A stretch of 64,000 nucleotides of DNA from Mycobacteriales bacterium. Lineage in GTDB: Bacteria > Actinomycetota > Actinomycetes > JAFAQI01. The DNA is taken from NCBI GenBank assembly GCA_035776655.1, contig DASTWK010000092.1, forward strand, positions 6,259-70,258. The letters are read 5' to 3'. The notes below the pieces were generated by a model that worked only from the letters and a program-made list of their open reading frames with translations, was not told the origin of the DNA and made no database searches. Each line of letters begins with the position of its first letter. Positions within the stretch are counted from its first letter, which is position 1. This document shows positions 9,663 to 18,600 of the stretch, one piece after another. Made by a program: the position numbers and the translations under genes.

Positions 9663-9683
9663 GTCGAATTTGAGGCATTCGAC
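9663..9683. promoter_or_regulatory. 7-bp perfect inverted repeat upstream of the kinase operon (candidate operator)
   Basis: GTCGAAT-ttgaggc-ATTCGAC lies in the relatively A/T-rich 96-bp gap between hflX and the kinase gene. Confidence 0.3.
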
Positions 9684-9709
9684 AGGAGCGCCCGAGAGGG
9701 GAGACGCCG

Positions 9710-11335
9710 GTGACGCACGTCGCGAGGCGGCCGTGGCCACGGCTGCGCGCGCTGTCCGCGATCGTCGCGGTCGTGCTGGTCGCCCTGGCGGTCGCCGGCT
9801 GTCTGGTCAGTCGCCGGGTCGTCGCCGACCAAGAGCACAAGCTGTTGAAGCAACGTGCCGACGAGGCGTCGCTCTACCTCAGCGCGGCGCTGTCCTCGAT
9901 CGAGACGCAGTTCGCAGCGCTGGCGGCGACCGCGGCGGCGACGCACGAGCAGCCCGCGGCGTTCGAGCGGACCGCCGAGCCGCTGACCGCGGCGCCCGGC
10001 GGCCTCACCGCCGTCGCGCTGGTCAGCGCGCAACCGCCGTTCCGCGTCCTGGCTCACACCCAGAACGCCTTCGGGACGGGTCTCGGCGCCAGCCGGGAGG
10101 CGGCCGTTGCCACCGCCGTGCAGAAGCACGACCCCAAGGGGGCGCTGGTCTCGACCCCGGTGATGCGCGCCGCCGGCGACACCCGGCTCCTCGGCTTCGC
10201 CTACGTCAGTCCGGCGCTGCCCGACGCCGCCATCTACGGGGAGTTCAAGGTGGACGCGTCCTCGTCCGCCTCGACCACGTCGTCCCAGCCGTTCAGCGAG
10301 CTCGTCGCCGCCGTCTATGTCGGTCCGCGCGTCGCCGCCGACCAGCTCGTCGTCTACAGCAGCGGCGCGCACCTGCCGCTCACCGGTGACACCGCGCGCG
10401 CCAACTCCCAGATCGGTGACGGCGAGCCGTGGCTGCTCGTGGTGAAGGCCCGCCATCCGCTGGTCGGCTCGGTCGCGACGCTGATGCCGTGGGTCCTGCT
10501 CGGCGCCGGCCTGCTCACCGCCGGCCTGGCCACCGGCATCGTCGAGGCGCTCGGTCGCCGGCGGGAGTACGCCGTCGGGCTGGTTGCCATGCGCACCGAC
10601 GAGCTCAAGCAGTCGCTCGCCGATCTCGCTGCCGCGCAGGACCAGCTGGTCCGCCAGGAACGGCTGGCCGCCATCGGCCAGCTCGCCTCGACGATCGGGC
10701 ACGAGCTGCGCAACCCGCTCGGTGTCATCAGCAACGCGGTCTATCTGCTGCGCGCCGACCTTGGCGCGGAGCCGACCGAGGCGGCCCAGCGTCACCTCGC
10801 GACCGCCGAGCGGGAGATCTCCGCCGCAACCGTGATCGTGGCCGACCTGCTCGGGTTCGCCCGCGAGCGTCAACCGGTGCCCGAGGACGTGGACCTGACC
10901 GCCTTGCTCGACGAGGTGCTGTCGGTGCTGCCGCCACCCGGCAACGTCACGGTGCTGCGCGCCTACGGCGGCCCCCTCATGGCGCGGGCCGACCGCGACA
11001 TGTTGCGCCAGGTGCTGCTCAACCTCGTGACCAATGGCTATCAGGCGATGCCGGAAGGCGGCGCATTGACCGTCCGCGTCACGGCCGACGCCGACGCCGT
11101 ACAGATCGAGGTCGCAGACACCGGCGCGGGCATCGATGCCGAGCACCGCGCCCGGTTGTTCGAGCCGTTCTTCACGACCAAGCCGCGCGGCGTCGGTCTC
11201 GGTCTCGCCGTCAGCCATCGGATGGTCCTCGCGCACGGCGGCGACATCGTCGTCGACAGCGAGCCCGGCGCGGGCGCCACGTTCCGCGTCGTGCTGCCCG
11301 CGCACGCTCCGGCTCTCGACGGGGTGAGTGCATGA
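9710..11335 (+). CDS. membrane sensor histidine kinase (two TM segments flanking an approx. 230-aa extracytoplasmic domain)
   Basis: TM1 LSAIVAVVLVALAVAGCLV, TM2 LMPWVLLGAGLLTAGLATGIV, H-box STIGHELRNPLGVI, N-box LLNLVTNGYQAM, G1 DTGAGI and G2 GVGLGL. A GAGAGGGGAG RBS precedes GTG 9710. Confidence 0.85.
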   Translation: MTHVARRPWPRLRALSAIVAVVLVALAVAGCLVSRRVVADQEHKLLKQRADEASLYLSAALSSIETQFAALAATAAATHEQPAAFERTAEPLTAAPGGLTAVALVSAQPPFRVLAHTQNAFGTGLGASREAAVATAVQKHDPKGALVSTPVMRAAGDTRLLGFAYVSPALPDAAIYGEFKVDASSSASTTSSQPFSELVAAVYVGPRVAADQLVVYSSGAHLPLTGDTARANSQIGDGEPWLLVVKARHPLVGSVATLMPWVLLGAGLLTAGLATGIVEALGRRREYAVGLVAMRTDELKQSLADLAAAQDQLVRQERLAAIGQLASTIGHELRNPLGVISNAVYLLRADLGAEPTEAAQRHLATAEREISAATVIVADLLGFARERQPVPEDVDLTALLDEVLSVLPPPGNVTVLRAYGGPLMARADRDMLRQVLLNLVTNGYQAMPEGGALTVRVTADADAVQIEVADTGAGIDAEHRARLFEPFFTTKPRGVGLGLAVSHRMVLAHGGDIVVDSEPGAGATFRVVLPAHAPALDGVSA

Positions 11336-11685
11336 CGACTGTGCTCGTCGTCGACGACGAGCCGGGCATGCTCGAGACGCTGACCGAGATCCTCGCGGCC
11401 GCCGGTTACGAGGTGAAGGCGGTCGGTGACGGTGACCGGGCGTTGGCGGAGATGCGCACCGGTCACTACGACGTGGTGTTGATGGACGTGCGGATGCCCG
11501 GCCGCGACGGGGTGTCCGTGCTCGTCGAGTCGGGTGCGCCGCCGCCGCCGGTCATCCTCATGACCGCTTATGCGCTGGAGGAGCGGTTGCGTGAGGCTCG
11601 AGCCGCGCGGGTGCACGCGGTCGTGCAGAAGCCGTTCGCTGCCCCCTACCTGCTCGATCTGCTGGCATCGGCGGTGGCGGCGTGA
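11332..11685 (+). CDS. single-domain response regulator (receiver only)
   Basis: VLVVDDEPG, phospho-acceptor context VVLMDVRMPGRDG, LMTAY and QKPF. ATG 11332 overlaps the kinase stop (ATGA). Confidence 0.85.
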   Translation: MTTVLVVDDEPGMLETLTEILAAAGYEVKAVGDGDRALAEMRTGHYDVVLMDVRMPGRDGVSVLVESGAPPPPVILMTAYALEERLREARAARVHAVVQKPFAAPYLLDLLASAVAA

Positions 11686-13307
11686 GCACCCCGGTCGCGG
11701 CGGCAGGGTTGAACCACTGGCGGGTGCTCGTCGTCGACGACGACCCCGGCATGCGCGAGACGCTGTCGGACATCCTCGGCGCCCACTCGATCCGGGTCGA
11801 GACCGCGGGCACCGCGGCGGCGGCCGAGGAGCTGGTGCGCGACGGGACCGTCGCGCTGGCGATCGTGGACCAGCGGTTGCCCGACGCCCGTGGCATCGAG
11901 CTGGCCGAGCGGTTCAAGGAGCAGGACCCCGACCTGCCGGTGCTGTTGATGACCGGCTATGCCTCCACGGAGATCGCGGTCGCAGCCGTCGGTCGGGTGG
12001 ATGACTTCCTCGTCAAGCCGGTGCGCCCGGAGCTGGTGGTCGCCGCCGTCAACAACGGGCTCGACCGCCGGTGGCTGCGGATGCGCAACGCCGAGCTCGT
12101 CGGGCAGCTGCAGCAGGCCAACGTCGTGCTGTCCGACAACGTGCGCCGGCGGCAGAACGAGCTGACGACGCTCATCGCGATGTCAACGGCGGTGTCGTCC
12201 TCGTCGCGGTTGACCTTGGTGCTCGACGCCGCCGTGGACGTGCTGGGGCGGATGGCGGGTACGACGGCGGCCGCGGTCTATCTCCGCAACGACGACAGCA
12301 CGCTGGCGCTGCGGGCGGTCCGGGCCACACAGTGGCGGCCGCCGCAACAGCTGCCCACGTTCGAGGAGCGGGTGAAACGCGCGGACATCGACGGCCACGA
12401 GTGCGTGCTGGCCGGCTTCAGCGTCGACGGGTCGACGACCGGCGCGCTGTTGCTCGAGCGGGGTGAGCAGGAGGCCGACGCGTTCCTGGTCGCCCTGGCC
12501 GCGCAGGTGTCGGTCGGCATCGAGAACGCGCTGCGCTCGGAGCGGGAACGCTCGACCGTCGAACGGATGGCCGAGCTCAACCGGATGAAGTCCAGCTTCC
12601 TGGCCAACGTCTCGCACGAGCTGCGGACCCCGCTGACCGCGGTCATCGGGTTCGCGCGCACCTTGCAGGCCCGCGGCACCGCTCTCGCCGAGGACGAGCG
12701 GGCCCGACTGCTCGACCGCATCGAGACGCAGGCGCGGCGACTGCACCGGCTGGTCGAGGACCTGCTCGACGAGGCGCACCTCGACCGCGGGACGTTGCGC
12801 GTGTCCAACGGGCCGGTGCGGATTCCGGACGTGGTCGACCATGTCGTGGGCGCGGTGCCGGAGCCGGTGCACCGGATCCGGGTGGCGCTGCCGAGCCAAC
12901 CGCCGCTGGTGCTGGCCGATGCCGGCCGGTTGGAGCAGGTGCTGGGCAACCTGCTCGACAACGCGGTGAAGTACTCACCGGTGGGTTCCGAGATCACCGT
13001 CGGCGGCGGGGTCACTCCCCGCGGGTTCGAGCTGTGGGTGGCGGATCAGGGCCGGGGCATCGCGCCCGAGTTCCGGCCTCACCTGTTCGAGCCGTTCACG
13101 CAGGCCGATACCGGTGACACCCGCCGTGACCATGGCGTCGGCTTGGGGTTGTCGATCTGCCGCGGTCTGATGGAGGCGATGGGCGGCTCGATCGAGATGA
13201 CGGACGAGCCGGGCGGAGGCAGCCGGTTCACGATCGTGCTGCCCCGCGTCGTACCCGCACCGAAGGCGGTCGTGGACGAGGCGCCGCGGTCCTCGACCGT
13301 GGGCTGA
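11682..13307 (+). CDS. hybrid receiver-GAF-like-histidine kinase
   Basis: N-terminal receiver (VLVVDDDPG, AIVDQRLPDARG, LMTGYAS, VKPV), a central GAF-like segment, H-box FLANVSHELRTPLTAVIGF, N-box LLDNAVKYS, G1 DQGRGI and G2 GVGLGL. The GTG start overlaps the upstream stop (GTGA). Confidence 0.85.
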   Translation: MSTPVAAAGLNHWRVLVVDDDPGMRETLSDILGAHSIRVETAGTAAAAEELVRDGTVALAIVDQRLPDARGIELAERFKEQDPDLPVLLMTGYASTEIAVAAVGRVDDFLVKPVRPELVVAAVNNGLDRRWLRMRNAELVGQLQQANVVLSDNVRRRQNELTTLIAMSTAVSSSSRLTLVLDAAVDVLGRMAGTTAAAVYLRNDDSTLALRAVRATQWRPPQQLPTFEERVKRADIDGHECVLAGFSVDGSTTGALLLERGEQEADAFLVALAAQVSVGIENALRSERERSTVERMAELNRMKSSFLANVSHELRTPLTAVIGFARTLQARGTALAEDERARLLDRIETQARRLHRLVEDLLDEAHLDRGTLRVSNGPVRIPDVVDHVVGAVPEPVHRIRVALPSQPPLVLADAGRLEQVLGNLLDNAVKYSPVGSEITVGGGVTPRGFELWVADQGRGIAPEFRPHLFEPFTQADTGDTRRDHGVGLGLSICRGLMEAMGGSIEMTDEPGGGSRFTIVLPRVVPAPKAVVDEAPRSSTVG

Positions 13308-13334
13308 GCCGCGGCGGCCCCGCCGTCCGGCTGA

Positions 13335-14159
13335 TCAGACCCGGCGCAGCACCGCCGTGACCCGGCCGAGGATCGTGGCGGCGTCGCCGTCGATGGGCGC
13401 GTAGTTGTCGTTGGCCGGCATCAGCCAGACGTGGCCGTTGCGGCGGCGGAGGGTCTTGACGGTCGCCTCGCCGTCGAGCATGGCTGCGACGATGTCGCCG
13501 TTGTCCGCGGAGGGCTGCTGGCGCACGACCACCCAGTCGCCCTCGGCGATGGCGGCGTCGATCATCGAGTCGCCCTTGACCTGCAGCAGGAACAGCTGGC
13601 CGTCACCGACGAGCTGGCGGGGGAGCGGGAAGACGTCCTCGACGACCTCCTCGGCGAGGATCGGACCACCCGCCGCGATGCGACCGACCACCGGAACGTA
13701 GGTCGGGGCGGGCCGGGCGTCGCCCTCACCGGTGACGTCACTCGGCGTCGCGGGCGGCAGCTTGACCTCGACCGCGCGTGGCCGGTTGGCGTCGCGGCGC
13801 AGGAAGCCCTTGCGCTGCAGCATCTCGAGCTGGTGGGAGACGCTGCTGGTGCTGGTGAGGCCGACGGCCTCGCCGATCTCGCGCATCGACGGGGGGTAGC
13901 CGCGACGCTCGACGGAGTCGCGGATGACCTCGAGCACCCGCCGCTGCCGGGGCGTCAGCCCGGCCGCGTCGGCCGGCCCGTCCGGCAGCTCTCGCACCGG
14001 CCCGGCCGCGGCGGCGGCGGCCACGGCGGCGGCGGCCTCGGCGTTGGTGGGACGGCCACCCTTGCGGCTGACCGGGCGCGCGGTGGTGCGCGAGCCCGTC
14101 CGGGTGCCGGTGCGGGCAGCCGGCTTCGCCGCGTCCTGGTCGCGCTCCTGCTTGGCCAC
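13335..14159 (-). CDS. lexA: SOS repressor LexA (with Ala/Arg-rich N-terminal extension)
   Basis: [33 protein letters not shown], cleavage site RIAAGGPI, catalytic GDSM and VKTL. GAGGAG lies 5 nt before GTG 14159. The 429-aa track ORF extends further into an implausible Arg/Cys-rich leader. Confidence 0.9.
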   Translation of the reverse strand: MAKQERDQDAAKPAARTGTRTGSRTTARPVSRKGGRPTNAEAAAAVAAAAAAGPVRELPDGPADAAGLTPRQRRVLEVIRDSVERRGYPPSMREIGEAVGLTSTSSVSHQLEMLQRKGFLRRDANRPRAVEVKLPPATPSDVTGEGDARPAPTYVPVVGRIAAGGPILAEEVVEDVFPLPRQLVGDGQLFLLQVKGDSMIDAAIAEGDWVVVRQQPSADNGDIVAAMLDGEATVKTLRRRNGHVWLMPANDNYAPIDGDAATILGRVTAVLRRV

Positions 14160-14212
14160 GGTGGCTCCTCTCGTGATCGCTGCAGCGACCGTAACCGGAA
14201 GTCGGCACCAGA

Positions 14213-14228
14213 TCAAACACCTGTTCGA
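14213..14228. promoter_or_regulatory. SOS box 1 (LexA operator) upstream of lexA
   Basis: TCAAAC-ACCT-GTTCGA has one mismatch to the actinobacterial TCGAAC-N4-GTTCGA consensus. It lies 54-69 nt upstream of the lexA start. Confidence 0.7.
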
Positions 14229-14241
14229 ACGTGTCGTGTTT

Positions 14242-14264
14242 TTGTCGCAGCCGCGTGGTACAAC
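14242..14264 (+). promoter_or_regulatory. RecA-independent DNA-damage promoter-like motif facing the LysM gene
   Basis: TTGTCG-cag-N8-TACAAC resembles the mycobacterial tTGTCRgtg-N8-TAnnnT motif (recalled from memory). The last -10 position is C rather than T. Confidence 0.35.
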
Positions 14265-14280
14265 TCGTACAGGCGTTCGA

Positions 14281-14296
14281 TCGAACGGGTGTTCGC
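14281..14296. promoter_or_regulatory. SOS box 2 in the leader of the LysM gene
   Basis: TCGAAC-GGGT-GTTCGC has one mismatch to the consensus. It lies 18 nt upstream of ATG 14314. Confidence 0.6.
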
Positions 14297-14313
14297 ACGA
14301 AGAGGTGATGGGG

Positions 14314-14682
14314 ATGAGGACGATGCAGGCAGCAGCGATGGGCACGGCGGCCGGCCCGACCCGGGCGGTGCAGCGCCCCGCGACGCGCCCGGCCGCCCGG
14401 TTGCGGCTGACCCGGCGCGGCCGGTTCGTGGTGGTCGTCACGGCGCTGGTGCTGATGGTGGTCGGCTTCTCGATGGGCCGGGTCTCCAGCCAGGCCGCGG
14501 GGCCGCAGCGACACGTCGCGCCCACGGTGACCGTGCGGCCGGGGGAGTCGCTGTGGGCGTTGGCGGCCCGGGTGGCGCCGCACGCCGACCCCCGGCTCGT
14601 CGTCAGCGAGATCCAGCAGCTCAACCACCTGTCGAGCGCGGAGGTCTACGGGGGCCAGCAGCTCGTCGTGCCGGGCCGCTGA
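14314..14682 (+). CDS. membrane-anchored LysM-domain protein, divergent from lexA
   Basis: [17 protein letters not shown], then a LysM-like segment [16 protein letters not shown]...[29 protein letters not shown] lies 8 nt before ATG 14314; starts at 14308 and 14323 are possible. Confidence 0.75.
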   Translation: MRTMQAAAMGTAAGPTRAVQRPATRPAARLRLTRRGRFVVVVTALVLMVVGFSMGRVSSQAAGPQRHVAPTVTVRPGESLWALAARVAPHADPRLVVSEIQQLNHLSSAEVYGGQQLVVPGR

Positions 14683-14801
14683 GCACCGCGATCATGGCCT
14701 GATCTGCGCTAACTCCGGCAAGCGCCGGCCCGGCTCCGACACGCCGGAAAAACCTCGGCGATTCGCTTGCGCGGCGCGTGGATCCGGCCTACGTTCAGCC
14801 C

Positions 14802-14845
14802 CCACATCTTGTGTTACACCGTTGTAGTTCGTTCCACAGGTTGTG
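14802..14845 (+). promoter_or_regulatory. pair of related 12-bp palindromic boxes 32 bp apart upstream of nrdR (candidate NrdR boxes)
   Basis: CCACATCTTGTG at 14802-14813 and CCACAGGTTGTG at 14834-14845. Further CCACAG copies occur at 14846, 14857 and 14865. Confidence 0.35.
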
Positions 14846-14907
14846 CCACAGGATGTCCACAGATCCACAGGCTGACGCCGGCCGGTGCCGGGCGGAAGGG
14901 AGGCGTC

Positions 14908-15459
14908 GTGCACTGCCCCTTCTGCCGTCACCCCGACTCCCGGGTCGTCGACTCGCGTGAGCACGACGACGGCGCCGCGATCCGCCGCCGCCGCTCCTGC
15001 CCCGAGTGCGGCCGGCGGTTCACCACCGTGGAAACAGCTGCGCTGTCGGTGGTGAAGCGGTCAGGGGCCACCGAGCCGTTCAGCCGCACCAAGGTCGCCG
15101 ACGGCGTCCGCAAGGCCTGCTCCGGTCGCCCCGTGGGCGAGGACGCGCTGGCCCGGCTCGCTCAGCAGGTCGAGGAGGCGGTGCGGGCGACCGGTTGTGC
15201 CGAGGTGCCCGCCCACAAGGTGGGCCTCGCGATCCTCGGCCCGCTGCGCGAGCTCGACGAGGTCGCCTACATGCGCTTCGCCTCGGTCTACCGCTCGTTC
15301 TCCTCCCTCGCCGACTTCGAGGCGGAGATCGCCGATCTGCGCGCGGAGCACCAGGCTCGCGCGGCCTACGGCGAGCCGGCTGCGGCCCAGGTGCGCAAGC
15401 ACGGTGCCGCCCACGATCCGGCGCCGCCCCCGGTGCACGAGGTGGCGGCGCTGCGCTGA
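14908..15459 (+). CDS. nrdR: transcriptional repressor NrdR (Zn-ribbon + ATP-cone)
   Basis: [17 protein letters not shown]...[10 protein letters not shown] zinc ribbon followed by an ATP-cone ([16 protein letters not shown]). GGAAGGGAGG precedes GTG 14908. Confidence 0.92.
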   Translation: MHCPFCRHPDSRVVDSREHDDGAAIRRRRSCPECGRRFTTVETAALSVVKRSGATEPFSRTKVADGVRKACSGRPVGEDALARLAQQVEEAVRATGCAEVPAHKVGLAILGPLRELDEVAYMRFASVYRSFSSLADFEAEIADLRAEHQARAAYGEPAAAQVRKHGAAHDPAPPPVHEVAALR

Positions 15460-15626
15460 GCCTCAGCTCGCGAGCGCGAAAGACCCCGGGGGCGGCGCCG
15501 TACCAAGCCGGCGTCACCAGCACCAGCCAGCACCGACCGCAGCACCCACAGGACCGAAATCCGAGACGTTTCCGCGGACGATCCGCGGCCCGCACAGCGT
15601 TGTCCTAGAGAAGCAGGAGAGGACCC

Positions 15627-18600
15627 ATGACAGAGACGGTGAGCGGCGCGCCTGCCGCCGGTGGCCCGCGCGGGGGCCAGGCAGCAGAGCGGACCCAGGG
15701 ACGGGCGCACGGGCGGCCCCAGGGCCGGGCGCAGGGACTGCGCCTGGAGCGCGTCTACACGACGCCCGGCGTGCATCCCTACGACCAGGTGACGTGGGAA
15801 CGGCGCGACGTCGTCATGACCAACTGGCGAGACGGCTCGATCAACTTCGAGCAGCGCGGCGTGCAGTTCCCCGACTTCTGGTCGGTCAACGCGGCGAACA
15901 TCGTGACGACGAAGTACTTCCGCGGTGCGGTCGGGTCCCCGCAGCGCGAGTCCAGCCTCCGTCAGCTCATCGACCGGGTCGTGCAGACCTACCGCCGCGC
16001 GGGCGAGGAGCACGGCTACTTCGCGACGCGGGACGACGCCGAGATCTTCGAGCACGAGCTCACGCACATGCTGTTGCACCAGGTGTTCAGCTTCAACTCA
16101 CCGGTGTGGTTCAACGTCGGCACGTCCGCCCCCCAGCAGGTCTCGGCGTGTCAGCCCTACGACGCGCTGGTCAGCACCCCGTCCGGGCTCGTCCCGATCG
16201 GTGAGTTGGTCGAGCGGATGGCCGTGGGGGAGAAGGTGTTCGACGCCGACGGAGTCACCCGCATCACGGCCGTGCAGCACAACGGCCGCAAGCAGGTCCT
16301 GCGGATAACGACAAAGGCGGGCCACCAGCTGGACGTGACCGGTGACCACCTCGTCTGGAAGTCAACCGGCGACCGCGCGGGCCGATACGTGCCGGCGGCG
16401 CAGTTGCGGCCCGGGGATGCTCTCGAATGGCACCGGCGGCACGCATACGGTGAATCCGAGCTCGATCTTCGCGATATCAGTGCGGCGGCTCTCGCCGGAT
16501 GGTTGCAGACGGATGGATTCGTCGGTCAGTACGACGGGACCAACCGTTCGCTCACGATCGAGTTCATGACCGTCAACGACGCCGAGCATGCGTGGGTGAC
16601 TCACCACCTCGACGTCGTCTTCCCGGACGTGCACCGCCACGAACGCCGGGTCGTGACGCAGGATGAGAGCCTCGACTGCCGCCGGATCCGTCTCTACGGC
16701 CCTGCGCTGGAAGCGTTCGTCGAGCGGTGGGGGCTGCGCGCCCGGGGCGTGGACATGGCAGTGCCGACGGAGCTGTTCACTGCGCCGTTGCCCGTCGTCG
16801 CTGCTTACCTGCGCAGCGCGTTCCAGGCCGATGGATATGTCTCTCGTCGCGAGCGGTCGACGCTGGTGGCCCTGGACCTCATCAGCGAGCAGCTGGTGCG
16901 AGGTGTCCAGTCACTGCTGGGCCGCTTCGAAATCTTCGCGCGAGTGGGTCGGAAGGCCGAGCGTCGGACGAACCGCCACGATCTGTGGTCGCTTCGTGTC
17001 CAGAACGCTGCCGACCGCAGGACGTTCCAGGAAGAGATCGACTTCCTCGATCCGCGCAAGCAGTCGGAGCTCGAAGCGGGATTCGACGTTCCGGGGCAAC
17101 GGTGGGCGCCGCTCAAGCGGTTGGAGATCGCCTCGATCGAGAGCCGCGGGGAGATGGATGTCTACGACATCCAAACCGAGTCAGGCGAATACCTGTCCAA
17201 CGGCTTGCGCGTGCACAACTGCTTCATCCTGTCCGTCGACGACACGATGGACTCGATCCTCAACTGGTATCGGGAAGAGGGGCTGATCTTCAAGGGTGGC
17301 TCCGGCGCCGGCCTGAACCTGTCCCGGATCCGCTCGTCCAAGGAGCTGCTCTCCAGTGGCGGCACCGCGTCCGGCCCGGTGTCGTTCATGCGCGGCGCCG
17401 ACGCCTCGGCGGGCACGATCAAGTCCGGCGGCGCCACCCGTCGCGCGGCCAAGATGGTGATCCTCGACGTCGACCACCCGGACATCGAGGAGTTCATCGA
17501 GACCAAGGCGCGCGAGGAGGACAAGATCCGCGCGCTGCGCGACGCCGGCTTCGACATGGACCTCGGCGGCAAGGACATCGTGTCCGTGCAATACCAGAAC
17601 GCCAACAACTCCGTCCGGGTCAACGACGAGTTCATGCGTGCCGTCGAGGAGGGCAAGGAGTTCGCCCTGCGGGCGCGGCACACCGGTGAGACGGTCGAGA
17701 CCGTCGACGCCAAGGCGCTGTTCACCAAGATGGCGGAGGCGGCCTGGGCGTGCGCCGACCCCGGCATCCAGTACGACGACACGATCAACGACTGGCACAC
17801 CTGCCCGGAGACCGGCCGCATCACCGCGTCCAACCCGTGCTCGGAATACATGCACCTCGACAACTCGTCGTGCAACCTCGCGTCCCTCAACCTCATGAAG
17901 TTCTTGAAGGACGACGACACCTTCGATGCGGTGACGTTCGCGAAGGTCGTCGAGTTCGTCATCACCGCGATGGACATCTCGATCTGCTTCGCCGACTTCC
18001 CGACCCAGCCGATCGCGGAGACGACCCGCGCCTACCGGCAGCTCGGCATCGGTTACGCCAACCTCGGCGCGCTGCTGATGGCGACCGGGCACGCCTATGA
18101 CAGCGAGGGCGGGCGGTCCCTCGCGGCGGCGATCACCTCGCTGATGACCGGTACGGCGTACAAGCGGTCCGCGGAGCTCGCTGGCGTCGTCGGGCCCTAC
18201 GACGGCTACGCGCGTAATGCCGAGCCGCACAAGCGGGTCATGCGCAAGCACGCCGCCGCCAACGACTCGGTGCGACCGGTCGACGCGGACGCCGCACGGG
18301 TGCTGCACTACGCGACGAAGGCGTGGCAGGACTGCCTCGCGATCGGGGAGAAGAACGGCTGGCGCAACAGCCAGGCCTCGGTGCTCGCCCCGACCGGCAC
18401 CATCGGCTTGATGATGGACTGCGACACCACCGGGGTCGAGCCCGACCTCGCGCTGGTGAAGTTCAAGAAGCTCGTCGGTGGCGGGTCGATGCAGATCGTC
18501 AACCTCACCGTGCCGCGGGCGCTGACCAAGCTCGGCTACCAGGACGAGCAGGTCGAGGCGATCGTCGAGCACATCAGCGAGCACGGCAACGTCCTCGACG

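Noticed and set aside
8132-11305. 1057-aa minus-strand ORF spanning hflX and the sensor kinase. Similar very long antisense ORFs occur at 537-2720, 17181-19685, 30062-33376 and 43961-46030.
   Set aside because: They lie antisense to genes with unmistakable family motifs. Their translations are Arg/Gly/Ala/Pro/His-rich strings without motifs. Long stop-free antisense frames are expected in DNA this GC-rich.
14224-14239. Third SOS box TCGAACGTGTCGTGTT overlapping box 1.
   Set aside because: Only the left half-site matches. The right arm (CGTGTT) is too far from GTTCGA.
15460-15626. Cobalamin riboswitch upstream of the B12-dependent reductase nrdJ.
   Set aside because: I found no B12-box-like sequence or the multi-stem architecture. 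Known B12 riboswitches on RNR genes act on the B12-independent enzymes, so one is not expected here.
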